In this document: piece by piece, positions 44,401 through 46,356 of the stretch
How the letters are laid out: the number at the start of each line of letters is the position of its first letter
Position numbering within the stretch: the first letter of the stretch is position 1
IMG/VR virus record: IMGVR_UViG_3300005323_000013
Coordinates: 1-46,356 of that record
Direction: 5' to 3' (one strand)
DNA from: a virus
Lineage: Duplodnaviria > Caudoviricetes
Length of the DNA stretch: 46,356 nucleotides
Program-made: the position numbers and the translations under genes
Notes under the pieces: model-generated
The model's database searches: none
Told to the model about the DNA's origin: nothing
Seen by the model: the letters and a program-made list of their open reading frames with translations, nothing else

Positions 44401-46233
44401 CGTGCGTTCCGAAATGGTCATGCGTTCCTGTAGCTTGATATCCTCGATCGGGCTGTTTTTAACGGTTTCGGCCTTCTTCCCGATAGCGGACAGCTTCGCA
44501 TCGTTCATGGTGTCGCCCGCGATTCTCGCGTATGCTTCGGGGTTGGCCTTGATAATGCCCATGAGGGTGGCAAAGAAGCGCGTGGATACGTTTCGCCCTG
44601 CTCCGATGGCTAAAGCTCCGGCAATAATCGGCTCGGCTATCTCAGCACGCATTTCGTCGGCGGCGTCCTTTATCGCAAGCGTCGCGGTAATCTCTTCGGG
44701 GTCTGCGCCGACTTCTGGCTTTATGTTCTGCGCCTGAATCACGTTTTCCCATATCGCGGATAGCATCTTGCGAATTCCCGCGTAGTTATCATCGGCAAGC
44801 CGCTTTACCCATTCGGCAATCGTCGGTTCGGTGTCGGGCGCGGGGGAATTCGCCTCGTCCCATGCTTTGCGATACCACGCATTTTTTGCTTCTGGCGACA
44901 GGTCGGGGATGCTCCACTCTATGCGCGTGTCCTCGAATATGGGCGCTTCCATGTCGGCAATAAACTGCTCGACGCTCTGCCCTGTGTCGGCGTAGTTTTT
45001 CGCAGTGGCAAGCACTTCATCCTTGTAGTCGCCCTGGAAAAGAATGTTGCCGTTCGGGAAGTCCTCGCCATTGTAGAATCTTCGGATATAGCCCATAGCT
45101 TTCGCTGGACTCATGCTATCGGTCTGAATGTCTGCATACCTTTTACCATCATACATGGTAATGTTTATAAACCCATTGCTTACCATAAAATCTTTTATTA
45201 CATCCCACTGTTTATTTGTTGGCATTGCCCCCATTTCTGCATAGGATTCTACTGCATCCATTCTTATCCCGCCGAGCTTTTCAAACATATCCATTTCAAG
45301 GCCATCGGCTTTGTTTATGTTTCTATGATCAAAGGCTCGTGAATTTTTAAGGTAATCATCTTTTACTGCAATATATTTACCGTTCTTTTTTGTATATCCA
45401 ACCGCATCATTACGCCCCGAAAAATCAAGCATTTTACCATCGGGAAGTACATATCCTGCTTCTTTGACGTTATTCGTGGTTCCGAAAGTATCAATGGCTT
45501 TGTCGAATGCGGCTTGCACTTCGGGGGATATGCCGCCCTGGTTCAGCACCGTATCGCTTGCCGTGCCTTGCTCTATAAAGAGGCGTCTTGCGGCATCTTT
45601 TGGTTTATATTGTTTTGCGTTGGCTAGTAATGGCTCGCCATCTGAACCACTGCCTATTTCATCGCCTTCAACAATATAAATAGGCTCATTCATTAGTGTT
45701 GAGTATGTACCTATCTCTTGTGGATGGCGCGGAATAATTGCTGTCGATCCATCGGGGAGAAGTTTACCATGAAATACTGAAACCCCTTCTTCTGTAATAT
45801 TGTCACGATAGTTTTTAGATTTCCCCCCTGGCGGAAGTTTCCCATAGCGGACATAAACATCTTTTGCGTTTTTCCATTTTTCGTTGAGTGCCGCTTCTTT
45901 TTCTTGTGCTAAGGTTTTTGTCGCTTGATGCTCTACATTAAGGACGGGTGCTCCGTACCCATCTTCTGAAACTTTAACATCCCATCCATCTTTTTCCATT
46001 TCGGCTACAATATTAGAAACGTCTTTACTTACATAAGGCCACCTCTTTTCTGGCATCTCGTCATTAGCACCTCGGAGAGAGAAGTACCCTTTCCCTGGTT
46101 GTCCATAATCAGCGCCATAAACCGATATTGTGGCTTTGTATGAAAGTTGATGCAGGGCGTCTCGATATATGGCTTCCTTCGTATTATCATCTCCCTGATG
46201 AAGTATAGTAGCATCTTTCAAAGTAAGATTGTC
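41485..46233 (-). CDS. Giant internal virion/polyvalent protein, C-terminal 1,582 aa (continuation of 2499..1)
   Basis: In frame with the 5' part across the junction; AT-rich modules, long coiled coil and a helical C-terminal region with hydrophobic segments, as in gp16-like ejection proteins. Confidence 0.88.
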   Translation of the reverse strand, partial: DNLTLKDATILHQGDDNTKEAIYRDALHQLSYKATISVYGADYGQPGKGYFSLRGANDEMPEKRWPYVSKDVSNIVAEMEKDGWDVKVSEDGYGAPVLNVEHQATKTLAQEKEAALNEKWKNAKDVYVRYGKLPPGGKSKNYRDNITEEGVSVFHGKLLPDGSTAIIPRHPQEIGTYSTLMNEPIYIVEGDEIGSGSDGEPLLANAKQYKPKDAARRLFIEQGTASDTVLNQGGISPEVQAAFDKAIDTFGTTNNVKEAGYVLPDGKMLDFSGRNDAVGYTKKNGKYIAVKDDYLKNSRAFDHRNINKADGLEMDMFEKLGGIRMDAVESYAEMGAMPTNKQWDVIKDFMVSNGFINITMYDGKRYADIQTDSMSPAKAMGYIRRFYNGEDFPNGNILFQGDYKDEVLATAKNYADTGQSVEQFIADMEAPIFEDTRIEWSIPDLSPEAKNAWYRKAWDEANSPAPDTEPTIAEWVKRLADDNYAGIRKMLSAIWENVIQAQNIKPEVGADPEEITATLAIKDAADEMRAEIAEPIIAGALAIGAGRNVSTRFFATLMGIIKANPEAYARIAGDTMNDAKLSAIGKKAETVKNSPIEDIKLQERMTISERTALAADITDEKLAKEIISGKVVAGDNVAALIKKLKSESKASAKRETALNGDIKALESEVDANGITMGRQRVELRNVQNELKKIIARTDKLVNAGQEIPESLASQRVSIEKRRESIRGKLVAAQDWMEIERQMQQAQKLADRADLDIQQAKARGEEVSGDDVRTRQENRAKIAELSTKLAVAKDYKNSAQLQTYLAALEERTKGQDAYQKRDAERRALEKLKRYHDQLVARATKAPGKSVAVSYAQQILDLQDNPDIKKMSITELEALTTEIKVLADIGRAEWRGKRERFSEKVEGQSSLVTETFEENKNYKKPEGLDLTKENTRKLIDRLKSANYETRSARRFIRDILDGGVDGANVQLLWHDKETILREDLTQRERRHAFINQAILDADQKPESFFTTEYTIEGAGPQRGDFKLRKTDLMAVELAFRNEDSRNAVLYGEFFSANERAEHKGDLVWFDLEGAERFNKIMDFIDATLTPEDMKILEAFEQDSTEAAPRIARIMADIYNQPFKTVKHYFMIIRRGATEKIDEQMAMEHGSRAINGKAPPRKGFTKARVTMKPWSQTPVKLDLLTTWNESIDRQEHLIAFAKYAKEIDAIYRTPKMQEDIESIGGKSALSYLYDYIDNVKNPQEMNDRAKNDATVRLLRGNVAFASLAFRTASMMTQITTSLWPAMQYTGPVRLVAEASRLMTNPIGYLRETEGMSVRLRARAKQGVNVMMESIKSGKADTKLGRNVQKVEEIGMKGLELVDRYLVAVGWRAMYDRYLDDFDGDVEKAVAMADDKTMMTQPSAYSDDLAPMFRNKSGWMQVILQFQSSLNVIFQNIAYDLPAAVREKNVAWALGIVTSYAIAGILLKAVKTHPKDDETPEEKARRLFFWSITQATDSIPLVGEIATNLTQRLITGEKAKRYPETMFPGVQDFADGLAAVSEGDIEKATQSFIDSLVLVGAPTQLYRDATRVLEGDYGALLGRPKK

Positions 46234-46356
46234 GGCATCGGGGGCGGTGGTATTGAGTTCTTTTAACGTATCCTTAACAGGGGAAGCGGTGAATAGCTTA
46301 TCGTAGAACGCCGTCATTTTAGGCGTGAGCTTCACACGCGCCTTGACGCTCTGGTA
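46234..46356. repeat. Terminal direct repeat, copy 2 (circular-assembly overlap)
   Basis: Identical to 1-123. Confidence 0.97.

Noticed and set aside
1-46356. Stop-codon reassignment
   Set aside because: Genes are full length under the standard code, and TAA, TAG and TGA all end genes at tight gene junctions.

Overview
The window is an apparently complete, circularly permuted dsDNA phage genome. Bases 1-123 are repeated exactly at 46234-46356, giving a 46,233-bp circle. Nearly all genes lie on the minus strand. The virion module has a podovirus, BPP-1-like layout: TerS, TerL, portal, scaffold, major capsid, cement, tail tube A/B and internal virion proteins. The last internal virion protein is a ~2,415-aa polyvalent protein that spans the contig junction. 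It is followed by tail-fibre genes and a lysis cassette. The early/middle region is lambdoid-like: ERF recombinase, Gp157, SSB, replication initiator, HNH and VRR-NUC nucleases, SNF2-like helicase plus DNA methyltransferase, RNA ligase and nucleotide-metabolism genes. A divergent switch contains the only convincing plus-strand gene, a small ribbon-helix-helix regulator. I recognised no integrase, ParA/B, DNA or RNA polymerase, reverse transcriptase, CRISPR array or canonical tRNA. The SSB and a DUF261-like protein suggest a spirochaete host (inference). Best candidates for new biology: (1) a 126-aa sigma-domain-2-only protein together with a three-copy motif TGACTAAGTWATATRTA heading the virion operons; (2) an injected polyprotein with a zincin motif and AT-rich effector modules bounded by L-x-Q motifs, one of them ART-like; (3) single-gene cassettes bracketed by exact RBS/start-codon direct repeats; (4) several promoter-leader-terminator RNA elements and a tRNA-like mini-RNA near the RNA ligase gene; (5) a lysis cassette with a DUF261/papain-like candidate endolysin and a fully nested spanin-like gene pair. 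All family assignments come from motif recognition by eye, not from database searches.
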